Below, piece after piece: positions 37,598-47,986 of a DNA stretch of 64,000 bases. Made by a program: the position numbers and the translations under genes. The notes below the pieces were generated by a model. That model saw nothing but the letters and a program-made list of their open reading frames with translations, searched no databases and was not told where the DNA came from. How positions within the stretch are numbered: the stretch's first letter is position 1; each line of letters opens with the position of its first letter. The stretch is from NCBI GenBank assembly GCA_020636995.1, contig JACJWU010000008.1, positions 555 through 64,554 on the forward strand. Reading direction: 5' to 3'. This DNA comes from Actinomycetota bacterium (GTDB lineage Bacteria; Actinomycetota; Actinomycetes; S36-B12; UBA10799).

Positions 37598-39180
37598 TGA
37601 AGAACCGCAAACCAGTGCCCGCCGTGGCGTTGATCGCCGGAGGCGCCGGGGATCGCGAACTGCTCAGCGTGCGCGCCGCCGCCATGCTCGACTCCGCCGA
37701 AGTCGTGGTCTGCGACCCGGAAGTCACGGGCCTGCTGACCGGCCTCGACGTCGAGGTGCTCGACATCCCGACGGCCCCGACCGACGCCCCTGCAGTGGCG
37801 AAGGCGCTGACCGAGCAGGCGCGGGCGGGCCGGCACGCGGTGCGGATCTTCGCCGGTGATCCGGTGCTCGACGGCCGCGTCTTGGCCGAGGCCAAAGCCC
37901 TGCATCGCTCCAAGGTCCCGTTCGAGATCCTCCCCTGCGCCGCCGGGATCTCCGGCATGGCCGCCTACGCCGGGATCGGACTGACGGGCCCCAAGGCCAA
38001 GCAGTTGCGGGTCGTCGACCTGCTGTCCGGCGAGGTCGACAGCGAGACGCTGGCAGACGCCACTGCGACGCTGGTGATCCGCAACGCCGCCGACTCCGCG
38101 GCAGCCATCGCCAAGGCCGCCCTGGCCGCCGGGCGGACCCCCGGGACCGGCCTGGTGATCGTACGCAGCGGGACGACCGTCGAACAGCAGACGCTCATCA
38201 CCACCCTCGGTGACGCCGCCGCGGACATCAAGGCCGCGAAACTCACCGGCAACGGTGACGTCTTCCTCGGCGACGGGGTGTCCACTGCGGGAGCGCTGGG
38301 ATGGTTCGAGAGCCGGCCCCTGTTCGGCTGGCGCGTACTGGTTCCGCGCACGAAGGATCAGGCCGGCGAGCTCTCGGCCAGGTTGCGTGTGTTCGGCGCG
38401 GTGCCGGTCGAGGTGCCGACCATCAGTGTCGAGCCACCACGCACGCCCCAGCAGATGGAGCGCGCGATCGAAGGGATCGAGGCCGGGCGCTACCAGTGGA
38501 TCGCGTTCACAAGTGTCAACGCCGTGCGGGCGATCCGGGAGCGGTTCGAACAGCGGGGGCTGGATGCCCGCCACCTCGCCGGGCTGAAGATCGCGGCCAT
38601 CGGTGAGAGCACCGCCGAGGCTCTGCGGGAGTTCGGGGTGCGTGCGGATCTGGTGCCGCCGGCGGAGAGCCAGTCCTCGGCCGGGCTGCTGGAGGTGTGG
38701 CCGGAGCGGGACGCCGAACTCGACCCGATCGGCCGGGTGTTCCTGCCGCGTGCCGACATCGCCACGGAGAAACTGGTGGCCGGCCTGGAGGGCCTCGGCT
38801 GGGAGGTCGACGACATCACCGCGTACCGGACCGTACGTGCCGCCCCGCCGGCTGCGGAGATCCGGGAAGCCATCAAGACCGGTGGCTTCGACGCGGTGGT
38901 CTTCACCTCGTCGAGCACGGTGCGCAACCTGGTCGGCATCGCCGGCAAGCCGCACGCCTCGACAGTGATCGCCGCCATCGGCCCGGAGACGGCGGCCACT
39001 GCGGTGGAGCATGGCCTGAAGGTTGCCGTGCAGCCTGCGCAGGCGAAGATCGAGCCGCTCGTGGCGGCTCTCGCCGAGCACGGCGAGCAGTTGCGGCAGG
39101 CCGCGCTCGACAACGGTGAGCGCACCTGGCGGCCGTCGAAGCGGCGAGGCGCCGGACGGCGGCGGGCCGCGAAGTCATGA
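37594..39180 (+). CDS. hemD: Uroporphyrinogen-III synthase with N-terminal methyltransferase-like domain
   Basis: RPLFGWRVLVPRT, FTSVNAV, AIG..TA and FTSSSTV. Confidence 0.9.
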   Translation: MMKNRKPVPAVALIAGGAGDRELLSVRAAAMLDSAEVVVCDPEVTGLLTGLDVEVLDIPTAPTDAPAVAKALTEQARAGRHAVRIFAGDPVLDGRVLAEAKALHRSKVPFEILPCAAGISGMAAYAGIGLTGPKAKQLRVVDLLSGEVDSETLADATATLVIRNAADSAAAIAKAALAAGRTPGTGLVIVRSGTTVEQQTLITTLGDAAADIKAAKLTGNGDVFLGDGVSTAGALGWFESRPLFGWRVLVPRTKDQAGELSARLRVFGAVPVEVPTISVEPPRTPQQMERAIEGIEAGRYQWIAFTSVNAVRAIRERFEQRGLDARHLAGLKIAAIGESTAEALREFGVRADLVPPAESQSSAGLLEVWPERDAELDPIGRVFLPRADIATEKLVAGLEGLGWEVDDITAYRTVRAAPPAAEIREAIKTGGFDAVVFTSSSTVRNLVGIAGKPHASTVIAAIGPETAATAVEHGLKVAVQPAQAKIEPLVAALAEHGEQLRQAALDNGERTWRPSKRRGAGRRRAAKS

Positions 39181-40130
39181 TCCGGCCCCGGCGGCTGCGG
39201 GCCTCGGCGGCGATGCGCCGTCTCGTCAGCGAGGTTCGCGTGCACCCGGCGCAACTCGTGCTGCCGGTGTTCGTCGCGGAGGGACTGGATGCGCCGCGAC
39301 CGATCTCCTCGATGCCGGGGGTCTTCCAGCAGACGCTGGACACCCTGCCGGACGTCATCGAACAGGCGGCCGCGGCGGCTATCGGCGGGGTCATGCTTTT
39401 CGGCGTGCCGATCCACAAGGACGCCGTGGGCACCGGGGCGACCGACCCGGACGGAATCCTGAGCCGTGCGGTCGGGGTGGCTTCGCAGGTGGCGGCTGGA
39501 AGGTTGGTCGTGCAGGCCGATCTGTGCCTGGACGAGTTCACCGATCACGGGCACTGTGGCGTGCTGGACGGCGACCGTGTCGACAACGATGCGACCCTTG
39601 TGCGGTATGCGCAGATGGGCGTGGTGCTTGCGCGCGCAGGAGCGGACATGCTCGGCACCAGCGGCATGATGGACGGCCAGGTCGCCGCGGTGCGCGAGGC
39701 GCTCGATGCGGCCGGTTTCGTCGACACCACGATCCTCGGCTACGGCGCGAAGTACGCGACAGCCCTGTACGGCCCGTTCCGGGAGGCCGTCAACTCCTCG
39801 CTCACCGGTGACCGCCGCACCTATCAGCAGGACCCCGCCAACGGCAGGGAGGCGCTGCGGGAGGTTCGGCTCGATCTGGCGGAGGGGGCGGACGTCATCA
39901 TGGTCAAGCCCGCGTTCCTCGACGTCGTGTCGGCGGTGGCAGAGGTCTCGGATGTGCCCGTCGCGGTCTATCAGGTGTCGGGCGAGTACGCCATGGTGGA
40001 GGCGGCCGCCGCCAACGGGTGGATCGATCGGCGGGCCATGATCCTGGAATCGCTCACCGGGTGTGTGCGGGCCGGCGCCGACATCGTGCTCACCTACTGG
40101 GCGCTGGAAGCCGCCGAGTGGCTCGGTTGA
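39177..40130 (+). CDS. hemB: Porphobilinogen synthase
   Basis: RPRRLR, DLCLDEFTDHGHCG, SGMMDG, MVKPA and YQVSGEY. Confidence 0.96.
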   Translation: MIRPRRLRASAAMRRLVSEVRVHPAQLVLPVFVAEGLDAPRPISSMPGVFQQTLDTLPDVIEQAAAAAIGGVMLFGVPIHKDAVGTGATDPDGILSRAVGVASQVAAGRLVVQADLCLDEFTDHGHCGVLDGDRVDNDATLVRYAQMGVVLARAGADMLGTSGMMDGQVAAVREALDAAGFVDTTILGYGAKYATALYGPFREAVNSSLTGDRRTYQQDPANGREALREVRLDLAEGADVIMVKPAFLDVVSAVAEVSDVPVAVYQVSGEYAMVEAAAANGWIDRRAMILESLTGCVRAGADIVLTYWALEAAEWLG

Positions 40131-40220
40131 TTGTGGCCGTATCGCAATCGAGACTCACCCGACTTCAGCCGATCATGGAAGCGTAGGCTCTGATTCTCAG
40201 AAATGAAAGGTGTCCGACCC

Positions 40221-40520
40221 ATGCGTAAGCCCATTGCTCTGGCGCTGGCTCTGCCCCTGGCTGCTTCGCCGCTGCTCGCCATCGGGCCGGCATCGGCCAA
40301 GTCCGTGGTGAAAGAAGTCAAACTCGAGAACAGCATCCGTCGCGGCTTCAAGTCGCAGGCCGGCAAGAGCGTGACGGTGAACTGCCCTTCGAAGGTCACG
40401 TGGGTCAAGGGCAAGATCTTCTACTGCAAGGCCAAGGCCGCCGACGGAACCAAGTACCGCGTGCGGGTGAAGCTGGGTAACGAGGCTGCCGGCAACCTGC
40501 GCTGGAAGGTCGTCGCGTAG
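40221..40520 (+). CDS. Small secreted Lys-rich protein, DUF4333-like
   Basis: Signal peptide and VNCP...GKIFYC pattern; SD GAAAGG. Confidence 0.6.
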   Translation: MRKPIALALALPLAASPLLAIGPASAKSVVKEVKLENSIRRGFKSQAGKSVTVNCPSKVTWVKGKIFYCKAKAADGTKYRVRVKLGNEAAGNLRWKVVA

Positions 40521-40539
40521 TTCGCAGTTCCGCGCCGCG

Positions 40540-41811
40540 TCAGCGGCGCTTCACCCGAAACTTCGCCTTGGCGGGTGACGGGTCCACGCCGGTGCCGAGT
40601 TTCGACCGCACCAGGAAGGTGTACTTGCCCTTCTTGAGCCGGTAGACCTTCGGTGAACTGCACTTGCGCCACTTCACCTTCGACGTCTTCTTCGGCTTCT
40701 TCGCGAGCTTGCACTCGAAGTTCGCTCCTGTGGTGCCTGTGAAGCGCACCTTGACCTTCGCCCGCGGCTTGCTGGTGCGCACCACCTTCTTCGGTGCCTT
40801 CGTGATGGTTGTGGTCAACGCCGGGTCCGGCGTGGGTGTGGGGGTTGGGGTTGGTGCGGGTGCCGGCTCCACCCCGGTGACCCGCCCGATCTTCTCGGTG
40901 AGGTCGAGAGTGACCCACAGGGTGTTGTTCGGGCCTGGCGCAAGGTGCCGCGGACCTGAGTTGGCCGGCATCGCCAACGTGCTGTAGTCCCCGTTCGGCG
41001 TCAGGCGTCCCAGGTTGTTCGTGGCGAACTGTGCGGCCCAGTAGGCGCCATCGGCCCCGAAAGCGACGCCGAACGGGTCCGTGCCCGGAACGAGCGTCTG
41101 TTGCTCGGCGACTGTCGCGGTCCTGCGCCCGATGTAGTAAGGGGCGACCCCCTGCTGGCTGTAGGCGACCTGGCCGTCCGGCCCCGCCGCGATGCCCTGC
41201 GATCCGCCCGCGATCGGGAAGACCTGACCGGTACCGTCCGTGGCCACCCGCACCACCTGGGCGACCCCGAAGTCGGCCAGCCAGAGGAAGCCGTCGGAAC
41301 TCGTGGTGATCCAGCGGGCCCCGGAAAGGCCGGTTGCGCCGTAGGACGTGAAACCGGCGGGATTCGCCGGCGGGATCTTCACGACTTTGTCCGCCGATCC
41401 GGTCCACAGGTTGCCGTCCGGCCCTGAGGTGATCGCGCGCGGATCGGTGATCGCCGCGATCGTGAACTTCTGGGCGTTCACGGGATCCGCGGGCGCGAAC
41501 CGGGCGACGCCGTTGGTCTGTGTGACCCACAGATTCCCGTCGGGTCCGGCCGCGATCCCCACCGGATTGGTCATGTTCGCAGAGTTGTACTCCGTGACCG
41601 TCCCGTCCGGGGCGATCCTGGCGACATCATTGGTTCCTGAGTCCAGGGTCACCCACATGTTGCCGTCGGGTCCGGAGGCGATCTGGTTGTTGGCACCCAC
41701 TCCGCTGACCGGGAACTCGCCGTTCGCCACCGGATCCGCCGACGCCGGCGCCACCGCCAGGGGGACTGCGAGGGCTGAGACCGAAAGGAGGGTGATCATG
41801 CGCAGAGCCAT
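40540..41811 (-). CDS. Secreted Vgb-like beta-propeller protein with PT linker and Lys-rich C-terminal domain
   Basis: Repeated I.AGPDG.LW.T blades, signal peptide, PAPAPTPTPTPTP linker. Confidence 0.75.
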   Translation of the reverse strand: MALRMITLLSVSALAVPLAVAPASADPVANGEFPVSGVGANNQIASGPDGNMWVTLDSGTNDVARIAPDGTVTEYNSANMTNPVGIAAGPDGNLWVTQTNGVARFAPADPVNAQKFTIAAITDPRAITSGPDGNLWTGSADKVVKIPPANPAGFTSYGATGLSGARWITTSSDGFLWLADFGVAQVVRVATDGTGQVFPIAGGSQGIAAGPDGQVAYSQQGVAPYYIGRRTATVAEQQTLVPGTDPFGVAFGADGAYWAAQFATNNLGRLTPNGDYSTLAMPANSGPRHLAPGPNNTLWVTLDLTEKIGRVTGVEPAPAPTPTPTPTPDPALTTTITKAPKKVVRTSKPRAKVKVRFTGTTGANFECKLAKKPKKTSKVKWRKCSSPKVYRLKKGKYTFLVRSKLGTGVDPSPAKAKFRVKRR

Positions 41812-41948
41812 GGGCGTAGTCAACCGTGCTGGTGATCGTTTGGGAACCCCCCGTTCGGACTTGCTGTGCGCCACGCCCGCGCCAATCATCCCCGGCATGT
41901 CCGGGGCGGAACGTACGATGAAGACCCAGCAGGTGGAAGAGGTTCCCG

Positions 41949-43844
41949 GTGTCAGTTGCGGTTGTGCCCAGGCACGCGACCGATGTCCGTCCGCCCGCGC
42001 CCGGCATGGGGTACATCCCGGGACTCGACGGGATCCGGGCGATCGCCGTGTTGGCGGTACTGCTCTACCACTCAGGGGTGGTTGCCGTTCCCGGCGGCTT
42101 CCTCGGTGTCGATGTCTTCTTCGTGCTGTCCGGGTTCCTCATCAGCAGCCTGCTGCTGCAGGAGATCGAGCGCACCTCGGCGGTCTCCTTCGGCCAGTTC
42201 TACCTGCGCCGGGCCAGACGCCTGCTGCCGGCCTTGCTGGCGACGCTGGCGCTGTCGAGCGTGCTCGTCCTGATCTTCGCGCGCGACGCGGCGGCGCAGT
42301 TCCGGCACGACGCGATCGCCTCGCTGTTCTACGTCACGAACTGGTGGTACGTCCTTCAGGACCTGTCCTACTTCGAAGCCATGGGCCGGCCCCCGATGCT
42401 GCAACACCTGTGGTCGCTGGCGGTGGAGGAGCAGTTCTACCTGCTGTGGCCGTTGGCGCTGGTCTTCCTGTACCGCTGGCGGGGCCGACCGGGTGTGGGA
42501 CGCGTCGCTCTGACCGTGGCGCTGGTCAGCACCCTGTTGATGGCGATCGGGTCGTTCGTGTGGAACCTCCCCGCGGCCGGGGACGCCAGTCGTCTCTACT
42601 TCGGGACGGACACCCATTGCATGGGCCTGCTGCTGGGGGCGGCGCTGGCGACGGTGTGGCGGCCGGGTGCCCTGCCCCGGGACGTCGCACTGCCGGCCAA
42701 GGCTGTCCTGTGGGCCGCGGCCGCAGCTGCCGTGTTCGCACTCTTCGCGATCTTCCACAACGTCGGTGAGACCAGCGCATGGCTCTACCGCGGCGGCTTC
42801 CTGGTGGTCAGCGCGGTCACCGCGGTCATCATCGCCCTGGCCACCCACCCCGCGATCGGTTTCGGGAAGTTGCTCGCGGTGCAACCCATGCGCTACATCG
42901 GCGAGCGGTCGTACGGCCTGTACCTGTACCACTGGCCGATCTTCGTCGTGACCCGTCCGGGCATCGATCTTCCGTTTGACGGCCTGCCCGCCTGGATCCT
43001 GCGAATGGGGCTGACCTTCGGGGTCGCGGAGGTGTCGTACCGGTATCTGGAGATGCCGATCCGGCGTGGGGCCTTGGGCGCGACCTGGAACCGGTGGCGC
43101 GACGCCGGGGTGGGACACGCAGTGGCACGCGGCGCCGGGGTGCTGGCGGCCGCTGGTGCGGCGATCTTCATGACAGGTGCCGCCCTGGCCGCGATCCCGG
43201 CACCGAACGCCAACGACTACCTGGGTGGACTGACCGAGACCGGGCAGGACCTGCAGGCCGAGGCCGCTGCCAAGAAGGACGAGAAGAAGGAGGAGCCCGA
43301 GGCCGCCCAAACACCACCGGCGGTGGGCGCCGACCTGAGCAAGCAGCCCATGACCTCTATCGGTGATTCAGTGATGCTGGGGGCCAGTGGTGCTCTGGAG
43401 AAGGCCTTCGACACCACCGTGGACGCGGCCGTGTCGCGGCAGTTCCCGCAGATCATCGAGCGCATCAACGCCCGCAAGGCCGCCGGTCAGCTGGAGGACG
43501 TGGTGGTCATCCACGCCGGCACCAACGGCACGGCGTACTGGGACATGCTCAAGAACACCCTGGACGGCCTGCGCGACCGGCAGGTGGTGCTGGTCACGGT
43601 GCACACGCCGAACTCCTGGATGGACGACTCCAACCGGAACATCCGCGGGATGCTCAACCAGTTCGACAACGTCCGCATCGCTGACTGGGAGGCTGCCTCG
43701 GAAGGTCATCGGGAGTATTTCGTGTACGACGGCACGCACCTCACGACCGAGGGCATCAAGGCCTACGTGCAGACGATCCGCGATGCGCTCAAGGGCGATG
43801 GCTCGGCGCCGGAGCCATCCGGGCAGTCCGCCCCGCCAGCCTGA
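41949..43844 (+). CDS. Acyltransferase-3 plus SGNH hydrolase fusion (OatA-like O-acetyltransferase)
   Basis: GLDGIRAIAV, GVDVFFVLSGFLI, HLWSLAVEEQFY; GDSVM, GTNG and DGTH catalytic motifs. Confidence 0.9.
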   Translation: MSVAVVPRHATDVRPPAPGMGYIPGLDGIRAIAVLAVLLYHSGVVAVPGGFLGVDVFFVLSGFLISSLLLQEIERTSAVSFGQFYLRRARRLLPALLATLALSSVLVLIFARDAAAQFRHDAIASLFYVTNWWYVLQDLSYFEAMGRPPMLQHLWSLAVEEQFYLLWPLALVFLYRWRGRPGVGRVALTVALVSTLLMAIGSFVWNLPAAGDASRLYFGTDTHCMGLLLGAALATVWRPGALPRDVALPAKAVLWAAAAAAVFALFAIFHNVGETSAWLYRGGFLVVSAVTAVIIALATHPAIGFGKLLAVQPMRYIGERSYGLYLYHWPIFVVTRPGIDLPFDGLPAWILRMGLTFGVAEVSYRYLEMPIRRGALGATWNRWRDAGVGHAVARGAGVLAAAGAAIFMTGAALAAIPAPNANDYLGGLTETGQDLQAEAAAKKDEKKEEPEAAQTPPAVGADLSKQPMTSIGDSVMLGASGALEKAFDTTVDAAVSRQFPQIIERINARKAAGQLEDVVVIHAGTNGTAYWDMLKNTLDGLRDRQVVLVTVHTPNSWMDDSNRNIRGMLNQFDNVRIADWEAASEGHREYFVYDGTHLTTEGIKAYVQTIRDALKGDGSAPEPSGQSAPPA

Positions 43845-43862
43845 TAGTTAGGCTCGTAGGCG

Positions 43863-46400
43863 ATGGTCAAGATCGCGCTGCGCAGCCTGGGTGCGCACAA
43901 ACTCCGCCTGCTGCTCACCGCGGCCGCGGTGTTTCTGGGCGTCGCCTTCGTCACGGGCATGCTCATGCTGACCAACGCACTGGACCGGACGTTCACCGAC
44001 ATTTTCGAGAGCTCGGCCCAAGACGTGCTGGTCAGCCGAACCGCGGCCGTGACCGAGGACATCACCCAGAGCACCGGCGACGACCAGGTGCAGCCCGTCA
44101 GCCAGAAGACCGTCGAACAGATCCGCGCGGTCGACGGTGTTGAGGCCGCAGATGGCGCGATCTTCCAGAACGGCGCCTATCTGCTGGACGCCGAGGGCGA
44201 GGTCGTGGGTGGCAATGGCCCGCCGTCGGCCGGGGTCAACTGGCAGCCCGATCCCGCGCTGGCGGTCGCGAACATCACGCAAGGTCGTGCGCCGGAGGCG
44301 GACAACGAGATCGTGGTCGACGAGATCACCTTCCCCAAGCTCGATATCCCCCTCGACCAGACCGTGACCATGGTGGTTCCGAGTGGCCGGATCAAGGTCA
44401 CCCTGGTCGGGGTCTTCCGATACGGGGAGACCGGTGGGCTGGCCGGTGCCACCATCACCGCCTTCACGCCGCAGCGGGCCCAGGAACTGTTCACAGCACC
44501 CGGTGAGTGGCAGGCGGTGGAGGTCGCCGCCGCCGACGGCTTCAGCGACCAGCAGGTCGCCGACAACATCGCTGCGGAACTCGGGGACGGGTGGACCGTC
44601 AAGACCCGCGAGCAGCAGGTCGAGGAGGCCTCGGCGGCACTGCAGCAGGGTCTCGGGTTCGTCACGTACGCCCTCTTGGGATTCTCCGGGATCTCGCTGT
44701 TCGTCGCGGCGTTCCTGATCTACAACACCTTCGCGATGCTGGTGGCTCAGCGTGGCAAGGAGATGGCCCTGCTGCGCGCCGTGGGCGCCTCCCGCCGGCA
44801 GGTCCTCACGTCGGTGCTCCTCGAAGCCTTCGTGTTGGCGCTCGTCGCCGCCGCCATCGGGGTCGGACTCGGATACCTGCTGGCGCGGCTGCTGACCGCG
44901 GGACTTCAACAGGTGGGGCTTTCGCTGACCTCCGGGGTCGAACTGACCCCGCAGGCCGTGGTCACAGCCGTGGTGCTCGCGATCGTTGTGACGGTGTTGT
45001 CCGCGCTGCTGCCGGCGTTGCGGGCCGCTCACACCCCGCCGGTGGCCGCTCTGCGGGAGGCGACCACACCCGTGGAGCGACCAGGAAAGGTCCGCAGCAT
45101 CATCGGCGGCCTGCTGGCGGTCGCAGCCCTGGTCGGGCTGGGGACCTCGTTCGGCGACGATCCCAGCGTCAGTCTGGTGGCTCTGTCCGCGCTGGTGCTG
45201 CTGATCGCAACTGTTCTGCTCGCGCCGCTGATCGCCAAAGGTGCAGCACGTGCCTCCGGTGGTCTGATGCGCGTGGGCGGGGTCTCGGGGCAGTTGGCCG
45301 GGCGCAACGCCGAGCGCGGCCCACGGCGGGTGGCGGCCACGGCCTCGGCGCTGCTCATCGGGCTGGCGCTGGTCACGACGGTGGCCGTGGTGGTGGCCAG
45401 CGCGCGCGAATCCATCAATCAACTCATCGATCGCGCTTTCGGTGCCGACTACATCGTCTCCACGCAGACCGGCAATCCGTTCAGTCAGGGCATCGCGACC
45501 AAACTGCGGGATGTCTCCGGCGTCGAGTACGTGCTGTCCCAGTCGCTCGGCCCGGCGCGGGTGGACGGTGAGGATCAGTTGATCACGGCGATCGGTGGCG
45601 GACCGGTCAGTGCGGTGTTCGAACTCGACGTGACGGCCGGCGAGGTGGGAGAACTCACCCAGGGTACGGCCATCGTCGATGAGGAATGGGCGGCCGACGC
45701 AGACGTCGGTGTCGGGGACCGGGTCACGGCATTGTTCCCCTCCGGCCAGAGCCGGGCCTTCACGATCACTGGTGTCTTCGTGCCCCCGGAGGCGGGCCTG
45801 CTCAGCGGCGTCATCATTCCCAAGGAGGACTACCGCTCGGTCGGTGGTGCGGCGCAGGACACCCTGCTGTACATCGCCCTCGCGCCCGACGCCGACCCCG
45901 CGACCGTGCTGCCCGACATCGAGGCGGTGACGGACGAGAACCCATTGCTGCAGGTGCTGGACCAGACCCAGATCAAGGAGCAGAACTCCCAGCAGATCGA
46001 CAACCTGCTCTACCTGATCTACGGCATGCTCGGCCTGTCCATCATCATCGCCGCGTTGGGGGTGGTGAACACGATGGCGCTGTCGGTGCTGGAACGCACC
46101 CGGGAGATCGGTCTGCTGCGGGCGGTGGGTGCATCCCGCCGGCAGGTTCGCCGGATGATCCGGTGGGAGGCGGTGCTGGTGGCCTTCACCGGCGCGTTGG
46201 TCGGTGTGTTGATCGGGTTGATCGCCGGAGTCGCGTTGCGGCAGGCGCTGTCCGGGGATGGGATCGACGTGCTGGTCATCCCGATCGTCACGGTGCTGGT
46301 GATCCTCAGCCTGGCGATCGTGCTGGGTATCCTGGCCGCTGCTCTGCCGGCGCGGCGGGCAGCACGGTTGGACATCCTCGAAGCCATCGCCACGGAGTGA
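43863..46400 (+). CDS. ABC transporter permease, double FtsX/MacB-like domain
   Basis: YNTFAMLVAQR..E.ALLRAVGAS and NTMALSVLERTREIGLLRAVGAS. Confidence 0.92.
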   Translation: MVKIALRSLGAHKLRLLLTAAAVFLGVAFVTGMLMLTNALDRTFTDIFESSAQDVLVSRTAAVTEDITQSTGDDQVQPVSQKTVEQIRAVDGVEAADGAIFQNGAYLLDAEGEVVGGNGPPSAGVNWQPDPALAVANITQGRAPEADNEIVVDEITFPKLDIPLDQTVTMVVPSGRIKVTLVGVFRYGETGGLAGATITAFTPQRAQELFTAPGEWQAVEVAAADGFSDQQVADNIAAELGDGWTVKTREQQVEEASAALQQGLGFVTYALLGFSGISLFVAAFLIYNTFAMLVAQRGKEMALLRAVGASRRQVLTSVLLEAFVLALVAAAIGVGLGYLLARLLTAGLQQVGLSLTSGVELTPQAVVTAVVLAIVVTVLSALLPALRAAHTPPVAALREATTPVERPGKVRSIIGGLLAVAALVGLGTSFGDDPSVSLVALSALVLLIATVLLAPLIAKGAARASGGLMRVGGVSGQLAGRNAERGPRRVAATASALLIGLALVTTVAVVVASARESINQLIDRAFGADYIVSTQTGNPFSQGIATKLRDVSGVEYVLSQSLGPARVDGEDQLITAIGGGPVSAVFELDVTAGEVGELTQGTAIVDEEWAADADVGVGDRVTALFPSGQSRAFTITGVFVPPEAGLLSGVIIPKEDYRSVGGAAQDTLLYIALAPDADPATVLPDIEAVTDENPLLQVLDQTQIKEQNSQQIDNLLYLIYGMLGLSIIIAALGVVNTMALSVLERTREIGLLRAVGASRRQVRRMIRWEAVLVAFTGALVGVLIGLIAGVALRQALSGDGIDVLVIPIVTVLVILSLAIVLGILAAALPARRAARLDILEAIATE

Positions 46401-46449
46401 GGGCGAGGTGGGCTGGAACGGATTCCGCTCACCCAGTACCGTCGGCATC

Positions 46450-46629
46450 ATGAAGCGCTCCCAGTTGGCTCTGGTCGCAGCGATCATCTTCGCGATCGTC
46501 TGCTTGGTCAACCTGTACGTGGGTCTCACCAGTGGGTGGTCGGGCTGGACCATCGCCGCTTTCGTGCTGTGCGGGCTCGCGGCAGTCGCCAACTTCTGGT
46601 CCTACACGAAGTTGCGGGATCAGGCCTAG
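46450..46629 (+). CDS. Small two-TM membrane protein
   Basis: MKRSQLALVAAIIFAIVCLVNLYVGLTSGWSGWTIAAFVLCGLAAVANFW; GC-rich third positions. Confidence 0.6.
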   Translation: MKRSQLALVAAIIFAIVCLVNLYVGLTSGWSGWTIAAFVLCGLAAVANFWSYTKLRDQA

Positions 46630-46649
46630 AACTTCCGGGGGTTGGGGGA

Positions 46650-47921
46650 TCAGATGCGGTCCGCCACCAGGTCGACCAGCGTCTGGAAGTCTTCGCCCAG
46701 CAAGTGGTCGTGTTCAGCCTGTCGCACGGCGCTGTAGGAGACATGCAGGTCACCCATCGCCTCGGCGAACACCGGCGACGACCGGAACCTGGCAAGAACC
46801 TCCGCGGGGTCGCTCGGCATCGCGTTGATGCCGAGTTCGGCGCGTTCGCTGTCGCTCAACAGGCCGGGATCCCCGACCAAGGGCGGCGGGAGTTCAGCGC
46901 CTGTCGCCACGCCGTCCAGTCCCGCAGCGAGCAGGCATCCCAACATCACGTACGGGTTCGCCGTCGCGTCACCCGCCTTGTACTCCACGTCCCGCGGCGG
47001 GCCGGCGTCGGTCGCAACCACCCGCAGCGGAGCCTCCTTGTTGTCGTTGCCCCAACCCTGGTAGGCCCCCGCCCAGTAGTGGGGCCGGAAGCGGCGCAGG
47101 GAGAGCAGCGATGGGGCGGTGGCTGCCAGTAGTGCAGGCAAATGGTCGAGCACCCCCGCGATGAACGGCGCACCGTACTGCCCGAAGCCGTCGTCCGGGT
47201 CACCGGTGAACGATAGGTGCACGTGCATCCCAGCGCCGACCCCGTCCGGCGCGTTCATCGGCAGGAAGCTCACGGTCATGCCGTGCCGGGCGGCAACGGC
47301 ACGGACGGTCTGACGCGTCGCGATGATGGCGTCAGCGGCGCCCACAACCGGCAGGTGCTGCAACGAGATCTCCCACTGCCCTGGCCCGGACTCGGGGTGA
47401 CACTGCGCCACCCCTACGTCCTGATCTCGCAGGGCCCGCAACACGCTCCGCATCACGTCGGCGTCGAGATCGAAGGCCGCGTCCTGCGCGAACGCGGCGT
47501 TGTCGATGGGGACCCCGTCGCGCAGCAGTGAGAACTCCATCTCCGTGCCTACCCTGATGTCCATGCCGGCGTCCCGGGCCCGGTCGTCCATACGGCGCAG
47601 GAACGTCCGGGGGCAGTGAGCCCACGGATGATCGCCGTCGACGATGTCGCACGCGACCACGGCCTGGCCATCGGAGATCTCACGCAGCGTCGTCCAGTCC
47701 GGGGCGAGGGTGACATCGTGCTCGGGCAGCAGTCCGGTGGCGAAGACCACGGCATCGGCATATACGGGAAGTGCGAACTGCGCCTGGGAGATCCGCACCG
47801 CCCGGTCGAGCGTCGACCATGGGGGTGTCGACCCGACCATCGGCACGGACTTGGAACGGATCACGTTCGCGTTGTCCACCCATAAGAACCGCAGAAGGTC
47901 CACGTCCTCGAGGTCCACCAT
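46650..47921 (-). CDS. Glutamine synthetase-family gamma-glutamyl ligase
   Basis: GTEMEF, HPESGPGQWE, GAGMHVHLS, NKEAPLR and VEYKAGDATANPY. Confidence 0.85.
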   Translation of the reverse strand: MVDLEDVDLLRFLWVDNANVIRSKSVPMVGSTPPWSTLDRAVRISQAQFALPVYADAVVFATGLLPEHDVTLAPDWTTLREISDGQAVVACDIVDGDHPWAHCPRTFLRRMDDRARDAGMDIRVGTEMEFSLLRDGVPIDNAAFAQDAAFDLDADVMRSVLRALRDQDVGVAQCHPESGPGQWEISLQHLPVVGAADAIIATRQTVRAVAARHGMTVSFLPMNAPDGVGAGMHVHLSFTGDPDDGFGQYGAPFIAGVLDHLPALLAATAPSLLSLRRFRPHYWAGAYQGWGNDNKEAPLRVVATDAGPPRDVEYKAGDATANPYVMLGCLLAAGLDGVATGAELPPPLVGDPGLLSDSERAELGINAMPSDPAEVLARFRSSPVFAEAMGDLHVSYSAVRQAEHDHLLGEDFQTLVDLVADRI

Positions 47922-47986
47922 GCCCAAATGCTAGCGGCGGGCGTTGCGGGTTCAGGCGCGTTGTGAGCCCGCCCACCGGTGGCGGT

